IMG/VR virus record: IMGVR_UViG_3300030380_003294
Source of the DNA: a virus
Length of the DNA: 64,000 nucleotides
Reading direction: 5' to 3' (one strand)
The position numbers and the translations under genes are program-made. Shown here one piece after another: positions 27,498 through 37,957 of the stretch (position 1 is the first letter of the stretch; each line of letters starts with the position of its first letter). The notes under the pieces were generated by a model. That model searched no databases. It was not told the DNA's origin and was given only the letters and a program-made list of their open reading frames with translations.

Positions 27498-28529
27498 TTA
27501 TGCGTAGAAGAATAACCAGTACATATGATTTTGGGATCCAGGGTTATTTATCCCCCAACTACCAGACCAGTTAGGTTCTGGGAAGTTTTGGTTTGAATAG
27601 TTGTTACCTGTCTGTCCTACCCATGCATGGTGTTCAACGTTACAACCGTTAGATGCACAACCTAAAGCATTAATCATACTGAAAGTATAGTTTTCGCAGT
27701 TTGCGGGTGAAACATGCCAAGTATTGTTTGGATTAAGTTCACCTGCACTACTACCTCTATATCTATTGTCTGATGCCTGTGCAGATCCTTTCAAGAACTG
27801 CATTCCTGAGAGTTGTGTACCACCAATGTTACTATGGTTGTTTAGAGAGATGTAACTATTGAACATATTATACATGTTTCCACCTCTGGAAGTGAAAACA
27901 CCATTGATATATGCAACTTCAGTAGATGTATCGTAAGGTGTACCTGCTGTAGCAAACCCTTGCATAATCAATACATCATTTGCTGACCATCCTCTATAAT
28001 GATTTGACTTGAAGTCAGTTCCCATTGCATTTCTTGCAGTACCAGTAGTTGATGTAGTTGTCCAGTTACCATACCAAGAGTCTGAACCACCTGTGTAACT
28101 ACCATGTGAAGTATTGTCTGTAATAGATGCAACCATGACCCAATACTTACCATTACCATCCTTATATGCATACACTTCTTCTGTATTAGTGCCATCAAAC
28201 TTGATATACCAATATCCAGATCCAGGGTCATTACTTGATAAGTTTGCCATTGATGTGAATGGTGCATTAGATGTACCATTCTCTCCTTGATATTGTACCC
28301 AAGTGCTACCACTCCATACTTCTACCGCCTGATCACTTGTATTCCACCGTATATACCCTGGGTTTGGACTACTTGGTCTTTGCCCAGTTGTACCTGTAGG
28401 TAGACGCAAAGCACCAGTTCCATCGTGATAAACATTACCGTTTATCTGCAATGTATGCCCTGCAGGAATTGATGTTTGATTTAGTGTTGCGGGTATGCCA
28501 CCGATGCTACCAACAGTTAGTCTGCTCAT
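27498..28529 (-). CDS. Fibre/receptor-binding-like protein (fibrinogen/intelectin-like head)
   Basis: LPTGTTGQRP..GYIRWN adaptor; SGYWYIK...WVMVAS...DFKS pattern. Confidence 0.7.
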   Translation of the reverse strand: MSRLTVGSIGGIPATLNQTSIPAGHTLQINGNVYHDGTGALRLPTGTTGQRPSSPNPGYIRWNTSDQAVEVWSGSTWVQYQGENGTSNAPFTSMANLSSNDPGSGYWYIKFDGTNTEEVYAYKDGNGKYWVMVASITDNTSHGSYTGGSDSWYGNWTTTSTTGTARNAMGTDFKSNHYRGWSANDVLIMQGFATAGTPYDTSTEVAYINGVFTSRGGNMYNMFNSYISLNNHSNIGGTQLSGMQFLKGSAQASDNRYRGSSAGELNPNNTWHVSPANCENYTFSMINALGCASNGCNVEHHAWVGQTGNNYSNQNFPEPNWSGSWGINNPGSQNHMYWLFFYA

Positions 28530-28551
28530 TCTATTAAGCGTTTACTTCTAT

Positions 28552-29175
28552 TTATTGACCTGGGGTTGGATACTCCTCCACCCATGCAGTAACAATGTAC
28601 TTATCTTTATTTAGGGGCGGATTACCTCGGTGTGTCCATGCCCAGTCACAAGGGAAGATAACAAACTTACCTGCCTTTGGTTTTACTCTGAAATGTTGAT
28701 ATAAAAATTCTGTTTCACCACCTTCAAATCCATCATTTAGATAGATCATGGTTGCTAACTTACGATATGGTGCAGAGGGTGTTGATTCATAGTGCCATGC
28801 ATGATAACCCTGCCCAGGTTCTGTCTTTTGGAGTTTCGCCATGGTATGTTGAAACCTACGTCCAACCAGAATATCATACTTCAATACATACTCTCTTAAT
28901 GCTTGTTCAGTAAGATAATTCCAACGTTGGAAGATTGATCTTGACAAATTATCATGAAAGTATTCTACTGGTAACTCATGCATAAAGATTTGAGAATCAG
29001 CAGCACCTTTCTCTGCGTGTCTCTTGATTGTCAAACCATTATCTGATATGAACTTATAGTAATCCAGTATTGGTTGACAATCTAGATTAGTTTCAAACTC
29101 ACTAATGAAATTATCGTTGTGTGTTACATTAGTGATTACTGGTTCGCCTCCATACTGAGAAGCGAAAGGACTCAT
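28552..29175 (-). CDS. 2OG-Fe(II) oxygenase (prolyl 4-hydroxylase-like)
   Basis: GYHAWHYE...IYLNDGFEGGETEF...FP..W..THRGNPP...KYIVTAW. Confidence 0.9.
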   Translation of the reverse strand: MSPFASQYGGEPVITNVTHNDNFISEFETNLDCQPILDYYKFISDNGLTIKRHAEKGAADSQIFMHELPVEYFHDNLSRSIFQRWNYLTEQALREYVLKYDILVGRRFQHTMAKLQKTEPGQGYHAWHYESTPSAPYRKLATMIYLNDGFEGGETEFLYQHFRVKPKAGKFVIFPCDWAWTHRGNPPLNKDKYIVTAWVEEYPTPGQ

Positions 29176-29363
29176 TACCATTTATTAATCGGGCAGTGGA
29201 ATACAGGAAAGCGTGCTTTAACTGCAAGCACACAATTACATTTAGTACAGATCCCAATAGGGGATTTATACTGACAGTCATTGCATATTCTAATCCGATT
29301 TTGATATAATGTCAAGTCAGGTACATCACCATCCTCGACAATCAGTTTAGCTTGACCAGACAC
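29175..29363 (-). CDS. Small Cys-rich metal-binding protein
   Basis: RIRICNDC...CTKCNC...K......CP..KW, six Cys. Confidence 0.75.
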   Translation of the reverse strand: MSGQAKLIVEDGDVPDLTLYQNRIRICNDCQYKSPIGICTKCNCVLAVKARFPVFHCPINKW

Positions 29364-29616
29364 CGTTATTGAATACTTCTAATTTATTGGATCCCGTATT
29401 GAATCTTAACTGCCCGTTTACATATCCTCTGTTGGGTGCTCTATCAATCACTATATCATCAAACTGTTGAGTTGTGCCATATGGTAATGGTAATGCACTT
29501 TGTGATCCTGTAATTCTTAATTCTGCTCCACCTTTAAATGCAAAATCACTGTCTTGATCTAAAGTAACAGTGAATCCAGGTGTTAGTCCTTGTAATTGTG
29601 CAACTCTTACCTTCAT
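29347..29616 (-). CDS. Short fibre-adaptor-only protein
   Basis: LPYGTTQQF...GQLRFNTGSNKLEVFNNGVW with no head domain. Confidence 0.65.
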   Translation of the reverse strand: MKVRVAQLQGLTPGFTVTLDQDSDFAFKGGAELRITGSQSALPLPYGTTQQFDDIVIDRAPNRGYVNGQLRFNTGSNKLEVFNNGVWSS

Positions 29617-30029
29617 CGTACACTCCAAGCACCACCAGACTCCACAGTGACTGTGAAACCAGAGTTAATTGTGATAGGTCCTGCACTCATTCCGTTAGCA
29701 AATTCTGCTCCTGCACTTGGTCCGACTGAAATATTTTCTGCAATAGTGTTTGCGTTAGTTCTAATGATACTATCCGTTCCTAAACTTGGTCCACCACCTG
29801 CAACTGGTGCCCATCCTGCACTACCTGTACCATCATCTGCTTTATAGATTTCTGCGGAGTCAAGATCACTATTGAATCTTAGTGTACCAACTGAAATACC
29901 AGTAGGTCTTTGTGCCTGAGTACCTGAGGGTAACCTAAACACTGAGTTAGTGTTCAAGAAACTTAAGGTTGTTATGATTGCTTGTGTACTAGTGGCAATC
30001 TGATTACCACTTACTCTTGAAATTGCCAT
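29613..30029 (-). CDS. Short tail-fibre connector protein
   Basis: LPSGTQAQRP..GTLRFN plus C-terminal NGMSAGPITINSGFTVTV..G..W motif. Confidence 0.7.
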   Translation of the reverse strand: MAISRVSGNQIATSTQAIITTLSFLNTNSVFRLPSGTQAQRPTGISVGTLRFNSDLDSAEIYKADDGTGSAGWAPVAGGGPSLGTDSIIRTNANTIAENISVGPSAGAEFANGMSAGPITINSGFTVTVESGGAWSVR

Positions 30030-30033
30030 GAGA

Positions 30034-33000
30034 TTAGATAGGTAGTTCTAAGATGTGAACAGTGTCTGATGCGAGTGGAGCATCACCAGATGAGAATACA
30101 ACGTTAGCACCGTTTGCATCAACTGTATAATTGGTTCCTGCAATCTGTGCTACACCATTAAGGAATACTAAGAGTGAATCATCAGAGTGTTTGATACCTC
30201 CACTATATGTAGTTACAGCAAACGTTAGAGTAGTACCGTCTCCTGTATATGTTTTAGTGATATACTTGTCAGCACCAACACCACCTCGTCCAGTAACAAC
30301 TAAGTCACCATCAACTTTTGCGTTACCGAGGATGCCCACTCGGAATCCAGATACCGCAGCAGTACCAATACCAATATGTTCAGTGTTATTAAAAGTATCA
30401 ATATTGATCTCACCAGTATTTGTGAGACCAAACTCTGACCACACTCCATTGTAATAAATCCAACCAAGAGATTTCCCAGGTGTCCAGTTAATATTATAAA
30501 CAAGGTCACCATCAGAAGGTGTATCGTAGTTGGTGATATTACTAAAATCTGGTTGTCCATTCGCTAATGAAGGTGCTAGTAAGGTTTGCTTAATAACTGT
30601 GCCATCTGCGTTGTAGTAAGAAATCTTTCTTGCTTGAATATTATTAGTAAAGGTTGATAGTCCTTGGAATGTAACAGGACCTGCGAAGATAGATTCTAAC
30701 TGGTTAGATGCACCACCAAGTACGGTGAGTTTGTCGGTAAGAACCAACTCAGAGAATGTCTGAATTGTAGTGTTCTCTTCACCAACAACGTTCAACTGAG
30801 CGATGTCTTCGTTTGTAATCTGACCTGTAACAGGGTTGATAACTTGGTTACCAATGAATAGGTCACCATTAGAGTTAAGACCTGAGTAGAATGAAACTCC
30901 TCCTTCTTCTTTAATAGACTGAGAGAATCGGATCTGCTCTTGAGTTAGAGTCTCTACCTGTGTTTGAGGGAACGCTGTACTATAGTTTCCAGGTCCGAAA
31001 CCAAGGTACTCAAAGGTGTGATTACCTGATCTGAGGATGGAGTGACGTCTGAATTCGACATTGATCGGAGCAACAGTTCCATCGTTGTTTTCTCTGATCT
31101 TGATTTTCCTGACCTCCTCATCGCCAGCTCGTGCAGTAAGTTGCACATTTGAGAGTTTTGCGTTATTGGAATCATAGTTAGGTGTAGTACCAGGTTGAGT
31201 CCAACCTGTATCAGTTAAGAGGAACTGAATTCCTTCCTTAGTAATTGATCTCTTAGGATCCTTTGCAGGAGTTGGGTTTGCACCATCAGTAGCATTAACA
31301 AGACCAATGGTAACATTATCAGCAACTGAGACTGCAGCGAGAGGGTCTGCAAGGGGGTTGTCTCTGTCAAACGTAGGATAGACCTCATTAACGTTTTGAG
31401 AGAACTTCCTGTCGTCAAAGTTGGAAGTTGTAGGTGAAATAGAACCGCATAACAATGTCATGTAATAGATACCGTCATTCACACCTCTTTCAAATGGTTG
31501 TACGATTTCAATATCGTAGATGTAGAAACATCTTTGAAGATTATAAGTCGTAGTATCACTATTCAATGGTTGCATAACGTAACCAGAGAGGGGATCTCTA
31601 GGTAGAGGATTAGACTTATCCTTATCAATGACGTATCTTACACGATAGGTTCTATCCTGCAAGTCACGAGGGTCAGGGATTCTCTTAAGGAATGTGCTTG
31701 GAGTAAAGTTTACGTTATTATATTGTGTGTTTGTAGATATTGTTTGATAGATGTCAGAGTTTGAACTTACAGATAGATACCAACCACCAACTTGTCCTGC
31801 TACTCCACCAATGGTGTAAGTTGCACTATCATATTGAATTGGAGATCCTGGGACACCTGCTGCCAGACCAGATACACTAGGTCCATAAGGTGAAATGCTT
31901 GCTGATTGAACAGTAGCAGTTGAAGCACCAGTTGCAACTAAGAGACAGTTGATCTTGTCGGCAACTGCACTAGCACCTGTGCCATCTTGACGTGCACCAA
32001 CGGTGAAACCCTGCACTCTAGTTGTAGGAGGTGACGCTTCAGTCGTGTATCCATACAGATAGAGTCTAGTTCCAGGGGTACCACCTTGACCTGCAAGCGA
32101 TGCGTTAACGACCTTAGTCCTTTGAATATCGATGTTAACCCAGTTAACAGAAGTTTCTTCGCCAAAGATTATATTTCCTGAGGAGATGTTTCCAGTAAGA
32201 GTGCCACTAAGTGTAATAGCACCAGTGTTAGTATTAACCGTTCCAACAGTTGTACCTGCAGGAATATTAGGTCCTGATACAGACATGCCTTGGATAATAC
32301 CAAGAGCATCACCAACTTTTGCTGTAGTTAAGGTAATGGTATTAGTACCAGTAGAACCATTAGCAAGAGTAGAGATAACGTTGAGTGCCTTAGGTGGAAT
32401 GATGTGAGTCAGTGCACCTGCTTTATCTTTCGAGAATGCTTTTGCTTTGAAACCTGCTGATCTAAGAGCAGTGTTACCAAAGTTGGAGTTAGAGTTGGTG
32501 ATTGACATGTCACCACCGCTGAGTGCAGTGAAGTGACCTTGATATCCCACAGCAAACACTGACACCGCTTGGATGAATGAATCATTACTACACTTAATGT
32601 GTTCGTGACCCCATCCTTTTCTATATTCTGCGAAACCATCTAAGTGTGCACCGTCTCCTGCAGTTGCAACATCATAGTTTCCAGTTGATTGATTATATCT
32701 TACGAACGCTCTATCATCTTTTTGAAGACTCAAACCAGTGAACTGTGCCACAACCATTGATTTGAAACCAGTTGCTTTAGCACCGTTTGCATGCATACCA
32801 TTCATGCCCCACACACTTCTCAGTGACAGGTTGAATGCATAAGGTGATGCTGAGTCAACAGTATCGATTTCAGTCTTAACAGCAATGTTTGAACCTACAG
32901 CGTTTCCTGTTGGTTCTCCTTGCATTTGGTAAGTAAAGACGTTACCACTTGCGGATGTGACCGTGAAACTTCCGTTATAAAGTCCTGCATCAACTTCGGA

Positions 33001-34002
33001 TTGCGGTCCAGTTGATCCTGTAACACCACTAACGTTGATGTTAACACCAACAGAAAATCCGTGGTCCCTGGGATTATCAAACTCGTCAACAGTGACAGCC
33101 GTTGCTGTCTGTCCATTTCTTGTGATCTGTAAGACTCTGTATTCATCTGAAATTGGTCCAACGATTCTATTTTCCTCGACCCTTGGTTGAATCTGGTCAG
33201 CAGCAGGATCGCCAGAGGTATCGGGAATCGTTGCGAATGCTTTCGATACCTTCTGATAATAAATCTCTAGGTCAGTTCTTTCAAGAATGTTAGGAACAGC
33301 AGAGTAATCTGTGTTTGGAACTGTACCGTCAGTAATAAGTTTGGAGAGAGGGTTAAGACCATCAGCAAACTCAAAACAAGTTAATCTATGGTGTGAGAAC
33401 TTAGGTGCAAGTGTCTCTACACTATCAGGTTTGTAATATACACCCTCCTCAGCACCATCAAAGAAGGAGAACTGCCAGAAATATGTACCACCAGTTACTT
33501 TGAAGATTGCAGTTCTAGGAGGAACTTGGTCTTCTGTGTTGATACCCTTCGCAGCATAAGTCGTAGGATAAGGAACATACTTGGGGATGATCTTAGTTCT
33601 TCTAAGGTCAGTACCAACCAAAGAACAACCTCTAGGTACGATGATACCACCTTCAACAGAATTATACTTGTATAATACGTTGTTAGGTGAGGTTAAGTCT
33701 AGGTTAGAGTTTGCGTCAATCGGAGCAACGTTTGTATATAAAACTTCACCTGGTCTGTTGTCAACAATATATTCGGCAGGATAGAGCATGATACTGAAAG
33801 CATCAAACTCGTCATTACTTAAACCAACTCTATATGAAAATCTTGCCACTTCAAGAAATGCCCTTTGAATCGATTTAAAGGGACGCAATGCAGAGTTACC
33901 TCTGTTATCAATAGCATCCGATGCATCGAAGTCATCAGGGTTGACATATATGATACGTCCAGTTCTGGACGTAATAATATTCTTCAGTCTAGTTAGGGAC
34001 AT
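30034..34002 (-). CDS. Long tail fibre / fibre-base protein
   Basis: 1322 aa; IIYVNPDDFDASD..NRGNS..RPFKSIQRAFLE N-terminus and SGNHTFEYLGFGPGNYS motif of cyanophage fibre proteins. Confidence 0.85.
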   Translation of the reverse strand: MSLTRLKNIITSRTGRIIYVNPDDFDASDAIDNRGNSALRPFKSIQRAFLEVARFSYRVGLSNDEFDAFSIMLYPAEYIVDNRPGEVLYTNVAPIDANSNLDLTSPNNVLYKYNSVEGGIIVPRGCSLVGTDLRRTKIIPKYVPYPTTYAAKGINTEDQVPPRTAIFKVTGGTYFWQFSFFDGAEEGVYYKPDSVETLAPKFSHHRLTCFEFADGLNPLSKLITDGTVPNTDYSAVPNILERTDLEIYYQKVSKAFATIPDTSGDPAADQIQPRVEENRIVGPISDEYRVLQITRNGQTATAVTVDEFDNPRDHGFSVGVNINVSGVTGSTGPQSEVDAGLYNGSFTVTSASGNVFTYQMQGEPTGNAVGSNIAVKTEIDTVDSASPYAFNLSLRSVWGMNGMHANGAKATGFKSMVVAQFTGLSLQKDDRAFVRYNQSTGNYDVATAGDGAHLDGFAEYRKGWGHEHIKCSNDSFIQAVSVFAVGYQGHFTALSGGDMSITNSNSNFGNTALRSAGFKAKAFSKDKAGALTHIIPPKALNVISTLANGSTGTNTITLTTAKVGDALGIIQGMSVSGPNIPAGTTVGTVNTNTGAITLSGTLTGNISSGNIIFGEETSVNWVNIDIQRTKVVNASLAGQGGTPGTRLYLYGYTTEASPPTTRVQGFTVGARQDGTGASAVADKINCLLVATGASTATVQSASISPYGPSVSGLAAGVPGSPIQYDSATYTIGGVAGQVGGWYLSVSSNSDIYQTISTNTQYNNVNFTPSTFLKRIPDPRDLQDRTYRVRYVIDKDKSNPLPRDPLSGYVMQPLNSDTTTYNLQRCFYIYDIEIVQPFERGVNDGIYYMTLLCGSISPTTSNFDDRKFSQNVNEVYPTFDRDNPLADPLAAVSVADNVTIGLVNATDGANPTPAKDPKRSITKEGIQFLLTDTGWTQPGTTPNYDSNNAKLSNVQLTARAGDEEVRKIKIRENNDGTVAPINVEFRRHSILRSGNHTFEYLGFGPGNYSTAFPQTQVETLTQEQIRFSQSIKEEGGVSFYSGLNSNGDLFIGNQVINPVTGQITNEDIAQLNVVGEENTTIQTFSELVLTDKLTVLGGASNQLESIFAGPVTFQGLSTFTNNIQARKISYYNADGTVIKQTLLAPSLANGQPDFSNITNYDTPSDGDLVYNINWTPGKSLGWIYYNGVWSEFGLTNTGEINIDTFNNTEHIGIGTAAVSGFRVGILGNAKVDGDLVVTGRGGVGADKYITKTYTGDGTTLTFAVTTYSGGIKHSDDSLLVFLNGVAQIAGTNYTVDANGANVVFSSGDAPLASDTVHILELPI

Positions 34003-34034
34003 TTCCTATCTGCTTTTTTAGTATTTATTGGGGT

Positions 34035-35522
34035 TTAACTTCCACCGCCAGAACCAGAAGTTCCTGCAGTTTGAGCATAGGTACGAGTAGTGAATCCAGT
34101 AGAACTGTCTTCAAAACCAACTAATGTAAATGAACAATCTGCGTCATTGTTCTCAACGACCAGTCTTTGCCCTGGTCCAATAACAAGAGACTTGATCTCT
34201 TCTGTAGTATTTGCAGTGATAGCATTGTCCTTGCGGATGTAATGCTTCGTTTCAACTGTTGCACCAGAAGAAGTAACAGAAGAAACTGTTACAGTAGAAC
34301 GAGTGCCAGTTGTTAACTTAGGATTATCTAAGAATGTATCCGAACCAGAGATGTTCGCAGAACCTTCACCAAGAACAACATATAGAGCAGTTCCTGTGTA
34401 GTCACGAACAAATCCAAAAGGACCTGCAGTTTGACTAGTAACAGTATAACTTACACCGTTATAATCAAATGTATCTGAGTTGTCTACCCAGGTCCCAGAA
34501 ACATTGTATACGAAAACAGAGTCATAACTATATGAATTTGATGTATTGATAATTCTGTCTGTTCCCCCGTAATTTGAGTTTGCAGCAGTTCCAGTTGTTC
34601 CTTCATAATAGTAAAGTGATGCAGGGAGTGATGAGTTAGCAGTAAGATCATACTGAATGTATGCACCACTGGAACCTGCAGTTCCGTTTGTAGTCTTACC
34701 AGTCGTATACTCCGTACCGTCATCAGAGTTACCTGCAGTTCCGTCAGGACCCCACTCACCATTCACAGTTTCAGAGAGTTTGAATACCAAACTACTCATA
34801 CTTGAGTCTGATACATCAAAACGATATGTTCTGTCTCCCAATACTTCAAATGAGGTTCCAAGATAAAGATTCTCAGTACCACCAGAGGTAGTAAATGTAA
34901 ATTCATTGGCAGCAGTACCAACACCACCAGATGAGATAGTGGCAGTTGCACCACCAGATGCTGTGATAGAGTCACCATCAGTAAACTCAGATCCAGAACC
35001 ATTTAAGGTAGAAGGACCAATGTAAAGAGTTGAACCACCAGAACCAGATGCAACAGCAAAAATAGTTGCAACAGATGTGTTACCACCTGATCCCTTTGAA
35101 ATAGTATTGCCGACTGCGAAAGTACCAGTTACAGATTCAACTGCAACAGATCTGATTGCCTTACTCTTTACTGCAATAGAAGTGAATGGTGGAATATAAA
35201 ATGATTCAAACACTGCTGTCTTTTCTCCATCAGCAGATGTTAGTAATTGATTAACGTTAAGACCTTGATCAGCACCAACTGCTGTACCTAAGTTAAACCT
35301 GTAACCAGTGAACACGTCACCAGTGTGTAATTTGTAAGTTGAAGCGTCTAAGACGACATGTTGATCGTAGTCTTTTACAGCAACGTCAAAAGAGGTGTTT
35401 GATCCACCTTGTGCAGTCACAGACAAAACCGTACTTGCAGATGCATCGATAGGTGCCTTGTAGAGCACCGTATTGGTAGTCGCACCTGGTTTTGCTGATG
35501 CAAGTAGTCCTTGTTTAGCCAT
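34035..35522 (-). CDS. Virion structural protein
   Basis: 495 aa, Gly/Ser/Thr-rich; TYRFDVSDSS...GTAGSSGAY...LYYY domain. Confidence 0.7.
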   Translation of the reverse strand: MAKQGLLASAKPGATTNTVLYKAPIDASASTVLSVTAQGGSNTSFDVAVKDYDQHVVLDASTYKLHTGDVFTGYRFNLGTAVGADQGLNVNQLLTSADGEKTAVFESFYIPPFTSIAVKSKAIRSVAVESVTGTFAVGNTISKGSGGNTSVATIFAVASGSGGSTLYIGPSTLNGSGSEFTDGDSITASGGATATISSGGVGTAANEFTFTTSGGTENLYLGTSFEVLGDRTYRFDVSDSSMSSLVFKLSETVNGEWGPDGTAGNSDDGTEYTTGKTTNGTAGSSGAYIQYDLTANSSLPASLYYYEGTTGTAANSNYGGTDRIINTSNSYSYDSVFVYNVSGTWVDNSDTFDYNGVSYTVTSQTAGPFGFVRDYTGTALYVVLGEGSANISGSDTFLDNPKLTTGTRSTVTVSSVTSSGATVETKHYIRKDNAITANTTEEIKSLVIGPGQRLVVENNDADCSFTLVGFEDSSTGFTTRTYAQTAGTSGSGGGS

Positions 35523-35528
35523 TGTTTA

Positions 35529-36854
35529 TTAGAATCCTGAGTAGAAGAATTGTTGTTGTCTTGTTTGACCAGTGAGGTTGTTTGCTCCAATACCTGCACC
35601 GAATGTAACGTCATCAACAGTTACGTTTTCAGTAGATAGGAGTGTGGCATCAGCGTCAGGGAACTTAATGGTTCTAGGACCTGTAATACCTTCAGCAGAC
35701 AGTGTAATTTGTCCCTGAGTGTTTCCAGTTGATTTAACTACTGGACTGTTTAAACTCTTATTAAAGAGTTCTGCTGCAGACTTCTCAGTGATCAGCATGT
35801 TATATGTGTCTGCACCTCTATTTAGATTATCTGTAGCAGGGAATCTAAAGACTTCGCTTGTTGATGTGTTTACGTTAGCAAGATTGAATGAAACCTTTTT
35901 AGTCGCATCAGTATTGTCTGAAAAGATTGCATTCTCATAACTCTTGTTAGAGAGTGTTTGAGTTGTCGTTGTACCAACAAACGTTAATGATAAATCAGGA
36001 ACTGTAAGAGTCCTGTTAGCAGTCAAGGCAGAGGTGTTAAAAATCGCATAGTTGGTCGCAGTTTCTGCGTTTGCTGCCAACCTAAGATCAACAATAGTCT
36101 TATTAAGCGTAATTTGTTCTGCTTTTGTATCAAGTAAAGTAGATGAAGTTGCAGTAGGTTCTGCAGTAGTTGTTACTGTACCTGCGTCAGGTAGGAAGTA
36201 AGAACGTCTTGCACCTGATGTAGTTGGCCAATTAATTTGGAAGATTGCTTCCTCTGTGCCATCTACGATAACAAAGTTATCCTCATCAATAAGAATAGTT
36301 TTATTTGTCAGTGTCTGCTGAGTATCAGCACCAACAACAGTAGTTCCATTACCAGAGGTAATAGCGGGAAGGGTGAAGATACGAGTATTAGTACCAGTAC
36401 CAATATTAGAAACTTCAAATCTCGCTTTAGGACCTTGAGCATCTTCTAAGATAAATGTCTGGTCAGAGATTAAGAAGTTACCCGTAACCTTTACAGCACC
36501 CGTACCTTTCGGTGCGAGAACAATATCGGTGTTGTTTGCAACGTCATCAACTGCAGTAATGTACAGAGATGTGCTGCTGTTACCATTATCAATACGAGTA
36601 CAGTAGAAACCACCATCACCAAAGGCAATACCGATTTGATCGTATGCATTTTGATACAATCCACTGTCTCGGTCCAAATCAAACGACAGACCTGGGGCAG
36701 TTTTAGTACCCTGTGCCAGTCCTTTGAACAACTGATTAATTTTTGCCTTTCTGTTTGGAATCAAAGGGTCCGACACCACCACAGGAAGAATCGCTTCTCC
36801 TGACAGGTTTGCGTCAGATATTGTCTCCAGTTGTGAAATCTTTCTGGTTCCCAC
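35529..36854 (-). CDS. Virion structural / fibre-associated protein (GTG start)
   Basis: RKISQL N-terminus, APGLSFDLDRDSGLY motif, repeated QTLTNKT motifs. Confidence 0.75.
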   Translation of the reverse strand: MGTRKISQLETISDANLSGEAILPVVVSDPLIPNRKAKINQLFKGLAQGTKTAPGLSFDLDRDSGLYQNAYDQIGIAFGDGGFYCTRIDNGNSSTSLYITAVDDVANNTDIVLAPKGTGAVKVTGNFLISDQTFILEDAQGPKARFEVSNIGTGTNTRIFTLPAITSGNGTTVVGADTQQTLTNKTILIDEDNFVIVDGTEEAIFQINWPTTSGARRSYFLPDAGTVTTTAEPTATSSTLLDTKAEQITLNKTIVDLRLAANAETATNYAIFNTSALTANRTLTVPDLSLTFVGTTTTQTLSNKSYENAIFSDNTDATKKVSFNLANVNTSTSEVFRFPATDNLNRGADTYNMLITEKSAAELFNKSLNSPVVKSTGNTQGQITLSAEGITGPRTIKFPDADATLLSTENVTVDDVTFGAGIGANNLTGQTRQQQFFYSGF

Positions 36855-36881
36855 GAATAATCACACTATTTCTTACAGTTT

Positions 36882-36889
36882 TATTTATA
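36882..36889 (-). promoter_or_regulatory. T4 gp55-type late promoter TATAAATA
   Basis: Exact consensus heading the fibre island; variant NATAAATA boxes also occur at 26382, 28549, 34022, 41523, 42277 and 55802. Confidence 0.75.
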
Positions 36890-36893
36890 CAGG

Positions 36894-37598
36894 TTATTCA
36901 ACTTCGGGTTCGATCTGGACTTCAACTGCGTTCTCTTCGTTATACTCTCTTTGTTCTTCTTCGATTGTTTTATATGCCCATTCGTCAGTATGTCCGACTG
37001 ACCACCACTTAGGTAGTGTCTCAACAGCATAGTTTTGTGTACACACTTTAAAGTCAGGTGTCTTTAGATGATCATTATCAACTAGACTATTATCAAAGAA
37101 CTGACACCTATTATTAGGTTGTGCTGCAAATTGTCCGTTATCTAGTGCAATAACATTGAATGTCTTATGCTCAGGGTCATGCTCTGAGAAGTTTGTATCT
37201 AATACAGAGAAGTCAGGATGTGCAGTATCAATAGTGAATTCATATTCACCTGGGTGCATCTTTCTATCTTTACCAAAGAACTGACACCTACCTAACAGAG
37301 GTTTCTCAACTACGGTAATATTGTAGTCAAAGCAATCCCATAGTTCTAATACATCTAATGGTAACTGATTATCCCAATCAATATCTGGATTCCATACAAA
37401 GGCACTGAGTGGTAACTTATCGAAGAGTGCACCGTAGTCAGTCAGTAAGGTCTCAAAGTATAATGCTTTTGCTTGAATACTCCTTACAGAGATCCAAATT
37501 CCTGGGGTTAGTTCCCCATGTCCTTTTTCAAGATCGTATAAGTATTCTTTCTTTACCCATACTTTTCTGGGAGGTAAAGGATGAACTAAGTATGCCAT
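36894..37598 (-). CDS. Conserved phage hypothetical protein
   Basis: 234 aa; GALFDKLPLSAF, LWDCFDY and NGQFAAQPNNR motifs. Confidence 0.8.
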   Translation of the reverse strand: MAYLVHPLPPRKVWVKKEYLYDLEKGHGELTPGIWISVRSIQAKALYFETLLTDYGALFDKLPLSAFVWNPDIDWDNQLPLDVLELWDCFDYNITVVEKPLLGRCQFFGKDRKMHPGEYEFTIDTAHPDFSVLDTNFSEHDPEHKTFNVIALDNGQFAAQPNNRCQFFDNSLVDNDHLKTPDFKVCTQNYAVETLPKWWSVGHTDEWAYKTIEEEQREYNEENAVEVQIEPEVE

Positions 37599-37933
37599 TA
37601 AGAGAAATAAGATTCAGTTATAATCCCCTCTTCAAATGATACCATACACCGAGGGGTAGGTGCATAGTGAACTCCCCATTTTGCAGGGTAGAGTTCAAGT
37701 TGTTTGGTTATACAAAATGGCGTAACTTTGCCATGATTTGTACTTTTTGCGACTTTGATGCATTCAGCATCTTCAAAAGCATAAGTTCCAGAATAGTCAA
37801 TACTCCAGAGTTTACCTTTAGGATCAATATAATATTGACTCATGAATCCGTCAAGATCCTGAGTTCTAAGTTCGCGGTTCCACATTCCTGGACCCAGATC
37901 GAACTGAGAGTATATTATATCATAAATTCCCAT
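37598..37933 (-). CDS. Hypothetical protein
   Basis: 111-aa ORF; MGIYD...TQDLD...YYIDPKG.L. Confidence 0.7.
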   Translation of the reverse strand: MGIYDIIYSQFDLGPGMWNRELRTQDLDGFMSQYYIDPKGKLWSIDYSGTYAFEDAECIKVAKSTNHGKVTPFCITKQLELYPAKWGVHYAPTPRCMVSFEEGIITESYFS

Positions 37934-37957
37934 TCATAGTCTCTCATTTAACTTATA

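Noticed and set aside
19042-28529. Diversity-generating retroelement acting on the Asn-rich fibre heads
   Set aside because: No reverse transcriptase in the window, and I saw no template/variable repeat pair differing at adenines.
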